This document shows, piece by piece, positions 38,531-48,151 of a DNA stretch of 64,000 nucleotides (position 1 is its first letter; each line of letters starts with the position of its first letter). Below the pieces are notes generated by a model. The model did no database searches. It saw only the letters and a program-made list of their open reading frames with translations, and was not told where the DNA came from. Position numbers and translations under genes: made by a program. This DNA is from a virus (Duplodnaviria; Heunggongvirae; Uroviricota; Caudoviricetes). The stretch spans positions 64,001-128,000 of IMG/VR virus record IMGVR_UViG_3300037258_000931. The stretch is one strand, 5' to 3'.

Positions 38531-39658
38531 ATGAGCACCAACGGCGGTACGCCTGCGCAGAAGTATTTCCCGCAGATCGATAAGAACGTGCAGGCGGAGG
38601 TGACGGTCCACCTGCAGCGGCTGTACACGGCCATCAACGACCACGATCAGGCGATTGTGACGTTGAACAACAAGGTGACCGGCGGCGCAAGTTCGACCGC
38701 AGGCTCGACGACCAACATCACTTCGACCACCACGGAGTTTGTGACGACCGGGGGGGTGACGTCGTTCAATGCGCTGACCGGGGCGATCGTTTACTTCCCT
38801 TTTTTAGGCACGGTCAACAATCAATCGGGAGTGGTTTCTTACACCACTCAAACCGGCGACAACGGCGCTCTGGTCGTGCTGGATGACGCTTCAGCCATTG
38901 CGGTGACCTTGAATTTTGCGGTGATGACGCCGTGGTTTACGACGATCTCGAACCAGGGATCGGGCACGGCGACGATTACGCCGAGCCAGGGGTTGATCAA
39001 CGGCGGAGCTTCGATTTCGATCGCCGGCGGCCTGTATGTGACGATCTTCTTCGATGGCGCCAACTGGTGGGCGGACAGCGAGACGGGGGGCGGCGGGGGC
39101 GGAACGATTACCGCAGTCGTGGCGGGAACGGGGCTGAATGGAGGCGGCTCCAGCGGCTCAGTGACCTTGAATCTTGACGTGCCGGTAGCGGTGGCGGACG
39201 GCGGGACGGGGACGACTACGCCGAGCCTGGTGGCGGGAACCAACGTGACGATTACCGGAACGTGGCCAGACCAGACCATCAATGCTTCGGGCGCCAGCGG
39301 ATTGCCGGTGAACGATCCGACATTTACGGGGACCATGACCGGACCGCATTATGCTTCGAATGGATCTGCGCCCACCGTGACTGTAGGACCAGCCGCAGGA
39401 ACTGGTGCGACTGCCACCGTTGCCGGGACAGACACAGCCGGCGTTATTTCTTTGGTTACCGGCGCGGGGCCGAGTACAGGTCTACTGCTCACCGTTGCCT
39501 ACACCAGCAGCTATCCGACTGGTTCCGTTGTCATTGTCAACGCGGCCAATCCGGCGGCTTTATGTTTCGCAGCCGGGACTGCCACCTCGTTTGGGGTTTC
39601 GGCAGGAGGAGTGGCCACCGGCTCTTATGAGATCGCTTATATTGTCTCTGGGATGTAG
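38531..39658 (+). CDS. Tail fibre-like protein
   Basis: Gly/Thr-rich; shares a 34-aa module with the 19764 protein; no signal peptide. Confidence 0.6.
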   Translation: MSTNGGTPAQKYFPQIDKNVQAEVTVHLQRLYTAINDHDQAIVTLNNKVTGGASSTAGSTTNITSTTTEFVTTGGVTSFNALTGAIVYFPFLGTVNNQSGVVSYTTQTGDNGALVVLDDASAIAVTLNFAVMTPWFTTISNQGSGTATITPSQGLINGGASISIAGGLYVTIFFDGANWWADSETGGGGGGTITAVVAGTGLNGGGSSGSVTLNLDVPVAVADGGTGTTTPSLVAGTNVTITGTWPDQTINASGASGLPVNDPTFTGTMTGPHYASNGSAPTVTVGPAAGTGATATVAGTDTAGVISLVTGAGPSTGLLLTVAYTSSYPTGSVVIVNAANPAALCFAAGTATSFGVSAGGVATGSYEIAYIVSGM

Positions 39659-39680
39659 GATGAGCATTGACTTTTACCGA

Positions 39681-39709
39681 TTGTGCCCAGAGATAGGTAG
39701 GGCTATTCT
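39681..39709 (+). promoter_or_regulatory. Candidate promoter ahead of RNA element 7
   Basis: TTGTGC-N17-TATTCT. Confidence 0.5.
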
Positions 39710-39723
39710 GTAGGAGCAGTTCA

Positions 39724-39798
39724 ACGAGCAACGCGCCCCCTTGCCAAAGGAACAAGCAGCGGCTCAAGACCGGAAACGGTTTTGGGCCGTTTTCTTTT
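39724..39798 (+). ncRNA. Structured cis-regulatory RNA element, copy 7 (covariant)
   Basis: GAGCAACGCGCCC CCTT GCCA AAGG AACAAGC AGCGGCTCAAG ACCG GAAA CGGT TTTGGGCCGTT TTCTTTT. Confidence 0.75.
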
Positions 39799-39808
39799 GG
39801 GGTGCGTT

Positions 39809-40390
39809 ATGGGTTTCTGGGGATCGTTGTTTGGCGGATCGAATCCGACGCTCAACTCGGATATCAATCAGTTTGGCCAGATCGGCGGCTTTGCGACCGG
39901 ACTGGGAGAGAAGAATCTTTCGCAGGCGTCGAACTTCTGGAGTTCGATTCTTTCAGGCGATCCGACCCAGACGGCGAAGAGCCTGGCGCCGCAGATCTCG
40001 ACGATTGAGCAGCAGGCGCAGCAGCAGCGCAACACCGGCGCGCAGTTTGGCAACCGGTCAGGAGGCACCAATGCTTCCAATCAGATGATTGGCGATCAGG
40101 CGACCGGTTCGATCAACAACATGATTTCGAGTCTGCTGGGATCGTCGGCGAGTAATCTGGGCAACTCCGGGGCTGGGCTGCTGAGCCAGGGCGCGAGTGC
40201 GTACGGGGCGCAGGAGCAGGCATCGCAGCAGCGGATGCAGAACTGGATGAATTCGATTTTAGGCAAAGGCATCACCGGCGCGGTGCAAGCGGGCGAGTCG
40301 GCCGGTCTGGGAGCTGCTGGCGGCGCATTGCCCGGAGGGCCAGGAGCCGCGGCCGGCGCACAAGCCGGACTTTCGTCTTTCTGGGGATAG
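39809..40390 (+). CDS. Ejection/pilot-like protein
   Basis: MGFWGSLFGG start; Gly/Ser/Gln/Ala-rich; position after tail genes. Confidence 0.6.
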   Translation: MGFWGSLFGGSNPTLNSDINQFGQIGGFATGLGEKNLSQASNFWSSILSGDPTQTAKSLAPQISTIEQQAQQQRNTGAQFGNRSGGTNASNQMIGDQATGSINNMISSLLGSSASNLGNSGAGLLSQGASAYGAQEQASQQRMQNWMNSILGKGITGAVQAGESAGLGAAGGALPGGPGAAAGAQAGLSSFWG

Positions 40391-40399
40391 GGATAGCAC

Positions 40400-41983
40400 A
40401 TGGGAGCTTACGCACAGGCACTGGCGCACAAGCAGGCGCTCTCCGACGACGAGCTACGGGGCAAAGCCACGCAGTACGCCGATCAGCTTACCAGCCTGCA
40501 GCAGAAGTACGCGCTGGCGCCGGAGGGCAGCCAGAGCCGTGCGGACATTCAAAACCAGATGCAGACCGTTCTGCATGATACCCGGATGCTGTACCATCCG
40601 GACCAAAATCCGGGAGCGATCGCTAAGTTCGGGCACATTCTGACCGATGCGCTGCATATCACCAACCCGCAGCAGCGGATTCAGGCCGAAGCGGCCAAGC
40701 GGGCAACGGCGATGGCCGGAGATGAACGGCAGGCGCAGGAGTATGCAGCGGCGGCGCCGGTTTCGCCCCAGGAGATCGCGCAGCAGCAGACCCAGAGCGA
40801 GATCGCGCAGAAAGAAGCAGCCGCGAACTGGGCGTTGGACTGGGCGAAGCGGAATAACATCGCAGGCGAGGCACTGGACGAGCTGAAGCAGCACCTGGCC
40901 GGCGTTCCGATCGCGACGCAGAACTGGGTTCCGACGACCGGCAAATTTGCCAACGGCCAGCAAGTGACATTGCTGCGCAACAGCCGGGACGGCCGCACGA
41001 CGTACATGGACGGGCGGCCCGTGGAGCCGAACCTGCTGAGCGGTTTTGTGGCGGTGTCTGCGACCAAGCCCAGCACCTCAAAGTTCGGCATGAATGTGGC
41101 CAGCTATAAATACATGCACGGCATTCCGGAGACGCAGCCATTGACCCTGCAAGAGACGGCGTTTGTAGAGCAGCAGAGCGCGATCAACAGCGCGGCGCCA
41201 TCGTCGACTATTACCAACACGATGAAGCAGGATTTCCGGGGATTCTGGGTGCCCATCCAGGAGACCAACCGGCGGGTGCCGGGAATCGGCGTGATCCTGC
41301 ATGATCCGCTGGGAGAAAGCGGCGCAAGCGGTCCGGCCGAGGGGGCAGGAAGCGCGTCTCCGCGGGGCGCCGCCGGTGAGGCTAAGCCCGCGGTGCCGAA
41401 GACGCCGGCGGAGGCCAGAAAGGCTGCCAGGGAAAAAACCGGTGGAACGCAGCGGGCCGGAAATGAACGGGCTGGGAATGAACGGGCTGGAGGCGGTCCA
41501 AACGTGCGGGTGGGCGGCGAGCTGTTCGCTGCGCCCAGCAAGGAATATAACGACACCAGGGCCGCCTACGACGCGGCGCAGGACCGGGTAGAAACGATGG
41601 ACAAGAACCTGAAGGACGCTCTCAACGGCGACCAGCAGGCGATGCTTTCGCTCGTAGCCAACCACATCGGGATGACGCTGGGAGCGCAGAAGGGCGCGCG
41701 CATCAACCAGGCGGTGTGGAACGAAGCGGTGGAGAGCGCGCCTTGGTTGGAGCGCGCCAAAGCCCGCTTTAGTCCCACCACCGGATATCTCTCAGGCGTG
41801 ACTCTGACGCCGGACCAGATGAAGCAGATGGACCATCTGGCCCACGAAAAGGCGGACGTCTTGAAGCATGATCTGGACCGACTGCAGCAGCAGTTCAGTT
41901 CTCCGCAGGGAGCTGGTGAAGCGGGCGGCGCGGCGGATCAATCGCTGGCGGATCGGTTGAGTCAAGCGCTGGAGGGCAAGTAA
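40400..41983 (+). CDS. Putative ejection (internal virion) protein
   Basis: Ala/Gln-rich helical; synteny. Confidence 0.55.
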   Translation: MGAYAQALAHKQALSDDELRGKATQYADQLTSLQQKYALAPEGSQSRADIQNQMQTVLHDTRMLYHPDQNPGAIAKFGHILTDALHITNPQQRIQAEAAKRATAMAGDERQAQEYAAAAPVSPQEIAQQQTQSEIAQKEAAANWALDWAKRNNIAGEALDELKQHLAGVPIATQNWVPTTGKFANGQQVTLLRNSRDGRTTYMDGRPVEPNLLSGFVAVSATKPSTSKFGMNVASYKYMHGIPETQPLTLQETAFVEQQSAINSAAPSSTITNTMKQDFRGFWVPIQETNRRVPGIGVILHDPLGESGASGPAEGAGSASPRGAAGEAKPAVPKTPAEARKAAREKTGGTQRAGNERAGNERAGGGPNVRVGGELFAAPSKEYNDTRAAYDAAQDRVETMDKNLKDALNGDQQAMLSLVANHIGMTLGAQKGARINQAVWNEAVESAPWLERAKARFSPTTGYLSGVTLTPDQMKQMDHLAHEKADVLKHDLDRLQQQFSSPQGAGEAGGAADQSLADRLSQALEGK

Positions 41984-44943
41984 TGGCTCAGGCTGCGATG
42001 CAGACGACGACACAGACAGCGGCGCCGGCGGGGGGCTTGGACCCGATTGACGAGTTCATCGCGCTGCCGCGCGATCAGCAGATGGCTACGCTCCAAAAGC
42101 TTTCGCCTGACAAGCAGGACAAGCTGCTGGGGCTGGTGAAGACCCGGAAGGGCAAGCAGGACTTCAGCGCGCCGGCCGACAACATTGAAGGTCTTTACCA
42201 GATGCGGGACAGGAACGGCAAGGTCACTCAAGTGCCATACAGCAAGGTGCGGGCAGCCTCGCAGGCGGGCCTGCAGATGTTTGCGCCGGCTGATATTCGC
42301 AAGTATGTTGCCGATGCCAAGGCTGACCCGAATCTGCAGAGCATGGGCGGCAACGGCGTGACGGTGACAGGGCTGAATTCGGCGGGGCAGCCGATCGTGG
42401 CGCCCCAAGATCCGAACGCGCAGGAGGGCAATGCGTTTGAACGATTCGCGACCGCGGGCGGTGAAGTAGTCGGAGGGGCGCTCTCGGGTTTATACCATGC
42501 GGCGGTCGATCGGCCGAGAGACGCCAGCGAAGAAGCGGTAGAGGATGTGGTGGGGGCGTCTGATCCTGTCGGCGTCCGGGCTGCCTTGATCGGCAAGCGA
42601 ATGCTTGTTGATCCGGCGCTTCAGCAGGTGCGCGCCGCAGCAAACGAATTGCAACAGGCCAACGCAATTTCGCCGGCCAGCTCGTTCAGTCCGAAGCCGG
42701 AGGCGGCGGCGCACCGGGAGATGGCACTGGGGCATATTCTGGCAGCGGCGTTGCCCGGTGTGGGGCCTTGGGCGGCGCAGACCGGCGAGGAACTGGGCCA
42801 GCAGATCGGCACCGGGAACTATGCCGGAGCGCTGGGGACAGCGGCGGGAACGGCCGCGCTTTACGAGGCGCCTGAGGCGCTGAAGACGGCTGCCAAGAGG
42901 GTGCCGCGGACGGCGCGCAGCACGATGGAGGCGTTGACCAACACCGGCCCGCGCGAGCTGAAGGAGATGGCGCAGGAGACGGTGAAGGCGAATACCGTTG
43001 CGGCCGAAGAAGCTGCCAGGGAGAATCAGGCCAATACGGAAAAGTATCAGCAGGATAAGACCGAGGCGGAGCAGCAGACTCGCGAACGGGAGGATCTGCG
43101 GGCGGCGCGGGTGAGAAAAGCGGACGCCGAAGCGGCGGACGCGCATGCGAAGAAACTGGCCGAGGTGGCGGAGCACAACCGACTGGTGGCCGACACGCAC
43201 GCGCACGACACGCAGACCATCCAGGCTGAGAACGACGCCAAGAAGGCGCAGTACGAAGCCCAGAAGGCCAAGGCGGAGCAGATCCAACAGGAAGCGGCCC
43301 AGACCGAGACCAGCCGGGGCCAGTTGGCGCGGCAGGTGCAGGAGTTGTCGACCCGGCTTGTGGACCGGATCAAGCGGGTGCAGGCGGAGTGGAAGGATAA
43401 TGCGGCTTATCGGCGCGGCGAAGAGGCGCGGGTGGCCCAGGCGCAGGCTGCTGGCGACACGACAGCGGAGTACCAGCCGCGCGGGAAGCTGGATAGGGCC
43501 TACGATGAGATCCGCAAAGCGACCGCGAACGAAACGGTACCTGCCGAATCGCTGACCGATGCGGTGCAGACGGCCGAGAAGAAAATTAAGGGCTCGGCCG
43601 AGAATATTAAGATTTTCAAGGACATTTTGTCGAAGGCTCCAGAGGCTGAGCCTGAGGAATTGCCGTTTACCACCTCGACGGGTGGGACGACCATGATTCC
43701 GAAAGGACACAATCTCTACGCCGTGCTCGCCCAGCAACTGACGGAGCCGGGAAAGCCGCTGAAGTTCGGCGATCTGCAGGGCTACTACTCCGAGCTGGGA
43801 GATAAGCTGGCGGGCGGAGATTTGCCCGACGACGTGTATCACGCGTTGCGCTCGCTGCAAAGTGACATCGGCGAAATGATGCAGGATATGGCCAACGACA
43901 GCGGAGTGGGATCGAAGCTGCGGCAGACGCAGAAGCTTTACCGCCAGTACATGGAGACGTTCAAGGAAAGCGCGGGGCCGAACCATTCCGGATCGCCGAT
44001 TGCGAAGGCTTTGCAGGCCGCCGATCCGGCCTATGCGATTGAGCCCCTGCTGGAAGAAAAGACCGCGCAGCGGGTGCGGAACATGCTGACCAAGTTCGAT
44101 CCGCCTGACGCGGGGGTTGGCGGCGCGGGTAAACTTTACGACAATTTCTGGGATGCGAATCGTAAGCTGGACGCATTAGGCAAGCCGGTGGATGTGCCTG
44201 AGGCTCCGGTAGAGCCGTCGTACAGGCAGCCTCCGACTGCTCCCTCTCCAGACCATCCGATTCCGAAGTACCGCACCCGGAAGGCGCCCGAGCCGCCGCG
44301 ACCGGCCGCGGAGCGAGTACCAGAACCACCGCGGGCCAAGCACCCGGAAGAGCCTGAAGAAGTGATTCCGGAGCGCAAGACAATCGGCCCGGAAGACTAT
44401 CGGGCGAGGCAGGCGGAGAACACGGAGGCCGCAGCGAAGGGGTTACGCAGCCTGGGCGTGCGCCGCGCGCTCAACTCACTTTTCTACACAACTCCTACCG
44501 CGGTTTTTTCGGTGTTGCTGGGTCACCCCGGTTACAGCATCGCCGAGCTGGCCATGACCCCGACGATTCTGGCGGGGTCGCACATGCTGGCCGATGCTCT
44601 GGAAAAGCCGGAAGTAGTGAACTGGATCAGCCAGGTGACGCCGCAGGTAGCCGATGCGTATGACAAACTGCCGCCGGAGGAGAAGGCTGTTTTTACTCAG
44701 AACCTGCGGCAGATGGTGGAGCTGGCGCAGAAGAAGGGGATGGCGGTGTCTCCGGTGCTGAAGGCGATGGCGCTGGGTACGGCTGCCAGCCAGAATCAGA
44801 CCGGCGGGAAGACGGTGAAGGAGCTGCGCGACGAGGCCGAAAAACGGAAGCCAGCGCCGGGGCCGCAGTCGTCTGCGCAACCTTCAGGCCGGCCTTACAC
44901 TCATGTCTTTGACGAGGAGCGAGGCGCAATTGTGCCGGCTTGA
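41983..44943 (+). CDS. Large putative ejection protein
   Basis: 986 aa, coiled coils, Gly/Ala hydrophobic segments, Pro-rich region; TAATG coupling. Confidence 0.55.
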   Translation: MAQAAMQTTTQTAAPAGGLDPIDEFIALPRDQQMATLQKLSPDKQDKLLGLVKTRKGKQDFSAPADNIEGLYQMRDRNGKVTQVPYSKVRAASQAGLQMFAPADIRKYVADAKADPNLQSMGGNGVTVTGLNSAGQPIVAPQDPNAQEGNAFERFATAGGEVVGGALSGLYHAAVDRPRDASEEAVEDVVGASDPVGVRAALIGKRMLVDPALQQVRAAANELQQANAISPASSFSPKPEAAAHREMALGHILAAALPGVGPWAAQTGEELGQQIGTGNYAGALGTAAGTAALYEAPEALKTAAKRVPRTARSTMEALTNTGPRELKEMAQETVKANTVAAEEAARENQANTEKYQQDKTEAEQQTREREDLRAARVRKADAEAADAHAKKLAEVAEHNRLVADTHAHDTQTIQAENDAKKAQYEAQKAKAEQIQQEAAQTETSRGQLARQVQELSTRLVDRIKRVQAEWKDNAAYRRGEEARVAQAQAAGDTTAEYQPRGKLDRAYDEIRKATANETVPAESLTDAVQTAEKKIKGSAENIKIFKDILSKAPEAEPEELPFTTSTGGTTMIPKGHNLYAVLAQQLTEPGKPLKFGDLQGYYSELGDKLAGGDLPDDVYHALRSLQSDIGEMMQDMANDSGVGSKLRQTQKLYRQYMETFKESAGPNHSGSPIAKALQAADPAYAIEPLLEEKTAQRVRNMLTKFDPPDAGVGGAGKLYDNFWDANRKLDALGKPVDVPEAPVEPSYRQPPTAPSPDHPIPKYRTRKAPEPPRPAAERVPEPPRAKHPEEPEEVIPERKTIGPEDYRARQAENTEAAAKGLRSLGVRRALNSLFYTTPTAVFSVLLGHPGYSIAELAMTPTILAGSHMLADALEKPEVVNWISQVTPQVADAYDKLPPEEKAVFTQNLRQMVELAQKKGMAVSPVLKAMALGTAASQNQTGGKTVKELRDEAEKRKPAPGPQSSAQPSGRPYTHVFDEERGAIVPA

Positions 44944-45140
44944 GGACGAGGCGCGAAAGCCACGAAGAGGCCGCCAACTATGCACAGAATGAAGGACAGC
45001 GGGAAGTTTCTGGTGAGCAGCAGAAGCAGCGCTTGACTGAGGCCGGCCATCCAGGCGCCGTGAAAAGGGGAAAGCGAACCTTTGGCGAGCAGCCAAAAGG
45101 TTCCGGCCAGCAACAGTGAAACGATCCCAATCGCGACCAT
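44901..45140 (-). CDS. Small antisense membrane protein
   Basis: About three hydrophobic segments; AAAGGT upstream on the minus strand. Confidence 0.45.
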   Translation of the reverse strand: MVAIGIVSLLLAGTFWLLAKGSLSPFHGAWMAGLSQALLLLLTRNFPLSFILCIVGGLFVAFAPRPQAGTIAPRSSSKT

Positions 45141-45233
45141 GTGCATACCTTTATGTTGCGCTTGAGTTGCGCCTTTGGCAAGAGCGGGCTGGAAGCAGGG
45201 ACGAGGGGAGCCGGGGTGAGGATCTCAAGGCAA

Positions 45234-45446
45234 ATGACGAAAATTGAAGTAGGTCAAGTGTGGAAGATCGGCGCGCGGCTGGTGATGGTTTGTTCCGAAC
45301 CGTCTGCAAAGCAAGTGCGCGTGGGGAGTGCTGTGAAGCGCGGTTCCAGCTATGCCGTGGGGGAAACTCCGGAACCGATGAGCGTTGCAACTCTCCGCCG
45401 CGGCACCTTTGTATTCGATACCGAGGGCGGGGATCGAAAGCGATGA
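45234..45446 (+). CDS. Hypothetical protein (70 aa)
   Basis: AAGG upstream; beta-rich. Confidence 0.45.
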   Translation: MTKIEVGQVWKIGARLVMVCSEPSAKQVRVGSAVKRGSSYAVGETPEPMSVATLRRGTFVFDTEGGDRKR

Positions 45447-45494
45447 CCGTGAATCGAAGCAGCGATTAGGGACCGGGGAACGGTCGCCGGGGGC

Positions 45495-46958
45495 ATGATG
45501 GCTGGACAGAAGCTGGTGCAGGTGAAGGGCGTCGGGGTAGTGGCATTCCCTGCGTCGATGCCAGACGAGCAGATTGCCGGGCACATCCAGAGCCATCGAC
45601 AACGGATTAGCCAGCCGGCGCTTCAGCCGGCCGTGGCACCTGGCCCCGGGCTCGATCCGCGGTTGAGCGCGGTCGCAAAGCAGTTTCCGCGGCTCTCTCC
45701 CTACCTTTCCGACGTCCATATCCAACAGGGGACGAAAAGCCCGAATGACGATCGCGGTCTGGAGTTCTACCCTCCCTGGGAGAGCCAGAATCCGAATCCT
45801 GGCAAAATCACGCTGGAACTATTCGACTCACTCCAGGGAGCGGCTTTGACCACGGCTCTGGGCGGAGACCTGCTTCACTACTTAGGCGGTGAAAATCCGC
45901 AGACCAAAAAGCCGATTGACTCGGACTACTGGAAGATGAAGCAAGCAGTGTTGAATGCGCGGACGCCGCAGCAGGATGCGCTGGATCGCCGCATCTATGA
46001 ACAGGCTAGAAAAAATGAAGGCGAGGTGCGATCTTATCCGGATTGGCTGCAGCAGTCGCGAATCGATGCCTATATCCGCGGCTACGTGACGCCGGAGATT
46101 GGCGGTCGCTATCCCGATGAATGGCGCCGGCAGGGCATGTACAACGCGCCCGCGATGCGCGACGCGGTGGAGCAGATCAAGCGGTATGTGACCAGCCCAG
46201 CGACTCCAGCGGCCGTGCCGCCAAAGAGGGGGGGGGCAGGTGGCGCGACTAATGAATTTCCGCCGGCGCTGGAGCGGGTGCGGGACGCGGTAGGGATGCG
46301 CTTTGCCGCGGGACAACCAGAGATCGACGGCCGCGGGCAGAACGAGATTGCTACGGTGGGGGAGCACGAGCCACACACGGTGGTGATTCGCGATCCGGAG
46401 CGGTTTAAGCAGGGGCCGCGGCAGGTAGAGGGCCATGAGCTCATCCATCTGTGGAGAAACAATCTGCCCGGGCCGTTGCAGAAGGCGGCGTTGCCGGATA
46501 ATCCGAGCCGGCCTTATGACATTTCAGGCATCGACGCGCTGCGCAAAAAGGGGTATACGCTGGCTACGATTCCCCAGGAACAAGCGGCGACGATTGTGCA
46601 GACCTATATCGCCGACCCCAGCCAGCGAGCGCGATTGCAGGCGTGGATCGACGACTTGAACTCGACTCCCCTGTCGGTGATGAACCCGACCGAACCGGAC
46701 CAGAAGGGGATCAATACGACGGTGCGGCCGCCGGCGCCGCCGGTGGAGGCGTATGAGGGCGGGGGTCGGGGAACAGGGATCAGGGATCAGGGGTCAGTTT
46801 TCAGGGGTCAGGTGTCAGGTGTCAGAGGTCAGGGATCAGGTTTCAGAGGTCAGAACACGATCCGCACGCTGCGCGAGGAGGCCAGCAAGCGGCGGGGCAA
46901 GCCGGGCGGCAACACCGTGATTGCCGGAGGACCGGGGATTGCCGGAGGACCGCGATGA
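45495..46958 (+). CDS. Putative ejection protein with a zincin HExxH motif
   Basis: N-terminal VQVKGVGVVAFPASMPDEQI; GHELIH with downstream EQAA; in-frame heptamer tract near the C-terminus. Confidence 0.55.
   Translation: MMAGQKLVQVKGVGVVAFPASMPDEQIAGHIQSHRQRISQPALQPAVAPGPGLDPRLSAVAKQFPRLSPYLSDVHIQQGTKSPNDDRGLEFYPPWESQNPNPGKITLELFDSLQGAALTTALGGDLLHYLGGENPQTKKPIDSDYWKMKQAVLNARTPQQDALDRRIYEQARKNEGEVRSYPDWLQQSRIDAYIRGYVTPEIGGRYPDEWRRQGMYNAPAMRDAVEQIKRYVTSPATPAAVPPKRGGAGGATNEFPPALERVRDAVGMRFAAGQPEIDGRGQNEIATVGEHEPHTVVIRDPERFKQGPRQVEGHELIHLWRNNLPGPLQKAALPDNPSRPYDISGIDALRKKGYTLATIPQEQAATIVQTYIADPSQRARLQAWIDDLNSTPLSVMNPTEPDQKGINTTVRPPAPPVEAYEGGGRGTGIRDQGSVFRGQVSGVRGQGSGFRGQNTIRTLREEASKRRGKPGGNTVIAGGPGIAGGPR
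46767..46853. repeat. Twelve CAGRGRT-type heptamers in frame inside a CDS
   Basis: 12 x 7 = 84 nt, preserving the frame. Confidence 0.8.
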
Positions 46959-47197
46959 TTGAGATTGTGGAAGGGCTGTTTATTTTTGCGGAGAAGGTGG
47001 CTGCGGTGAAGGCCGCGGATGAGAAGAGATGCGTGCTGTACCTGGACGGCATTGGGGCTTTGGACGGGTTTGTGCTGGAGCGACCGGCGCTCGATGTGGC
47101 GCAGGAGATTGCGGACGCAGTGTACGGCGGGGAAGATCAAAAGGAAGACGAGGACGAACCGGACGATGAACACCCCGACGCTGCTGACTCACTTTGA
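46955..47197 (+). CDS. Small hypothetical protein with an acidic tail
   Basis: GGAGG RBS, ATGA overlap. Confidence 0.55.
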   Translation: MIEIVEGLFIFAEKVAAVKAADEKRCVLYLDGIGALDGFVLERPALDVAQEIADAVYGGEDQKEDEDEPDDEHPDAADSL

Positions 47198-48086
47198 GAC
47201 CTGCGACCGCAAGGGATTCTGGAGCCGGACGCGGGAGCGCGCCAAGGTTGACGATGGGGCGCTGCTGCAGCGGGCGATCGGGGCCGGCGTGCTTGAGGGT
47301 CGCCGCCTGGACTGGGGCGAAGCGGCTGGCGAAGCAGCGTATGGAATGGGCGTGGAGCCGGGGCTGGAGACCAGCCACTACGACGTACATGCCGAGGTGG
47401 TGCATCTGGCCTGCCTGGCGGATGCAATCGCGACCGCGGTTCGGAAACCGGGGGAGAGGCCGTGGCAGATTCCAGAACCTATAGAGATGAAGAATGGCCT
47501 GCGCTGGCAGCCGAATGCGTATCTCGATCCAAAGGGGATCGAGCTGCGCCGGCTGGTGCTGTGCTCGGCCTGGAATAACGATCGCCACTACTCGGAAGCG
47601 CGGAGCTGGTTTTCGCTGGGCGAAGTATGCCTGTACGGGCTACCGATGAAACAAGTGGTCATTGTGCTGGGACAGAAAAAGCATGGCAAGCGCTACTCGC
47701 CGTGGGCCAAGGGGCTAAGGCACCCGGCGAATAAAAAGCTGCGATTTCGCAAGAAGAACGATGTGACCAAGGGATTTAAGGACACCTGGATTGAAGCCTG
47801 GCGCGAGGACTATGACGAGATATCGACCCAGGAATGGCTGCAGGCGATGCTCGACGATGGAGTTTTACAGGATGTATGTTTCACGGTCCAGATCGCTGTT
47901 CCCGCGGCCGAGGCGAGAAAACGCATTGTAGAGATGGCGGCGCGCAAGCTGGAGCGGCTAGCGGCGCTGACCAAGACCCCCGACCCCCAGCTTACGGGCT
48001 GCGACTGGCCTGCGCCGTGTGTGTTTCGGGTGCCGTGCCATGCCGGCCGGGAGCCCCAGAAGGGGATGTTTACGGTACTGGATTGA
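47166..48086 (+). CDS. Cas4/AddB-like PD-(D/E)XK-fold protein, catalytic motifs apparently lost
   Basis: N-terminal TPTLLTHFETCDRK and C-terminal CDWPAPCVFRVPC give the 1+3 Cys Fe-S staple; WQPNAY and ELRRLVLCS occupy the expected PD and (D/E)xK positions. Confidence 0.65.
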   Translation: MNTPTLLTHFETCDRKGFWSRTRERAKVDDGALLQRAIGAGVLEGRRLDWGEAAGEAAYGMGVEPGLETSHYDVHAEVVHLACLADAIATAVRKPGERPWQIPEPIEMKNGLRWQPNAYLDPKGIELRRLVLCSAWNNDRHYSEARSWFSLGEVCLYGLPMKQVVIVLGQKKHGKRYSPWAKGLRHPANKKLRFRKKNDVTKGFKDTWIEAWREDYDEISTQEWLQAMLDDGVLQDVCFTVQIAVPAAEARKRIVEMAARKLERLAALTKTPDPQLTGCDWPAPCVFRVPCHAGREPQKGMFTVLD

Positions 48087-48151
48087 ACCCCTGGTGCTGA
48101 CAGTTATGCCTGTGCGACATACTTTGATCGGGGAGCGGTTGATAGCCAGAA

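Noticed and set aside
39809-46958. Tape measure protein and long-tail genes
   Set aside because: No tail tube, sheath or tape-measure repeat pattern; gene order and composition fit podovirus-type ejection proteins
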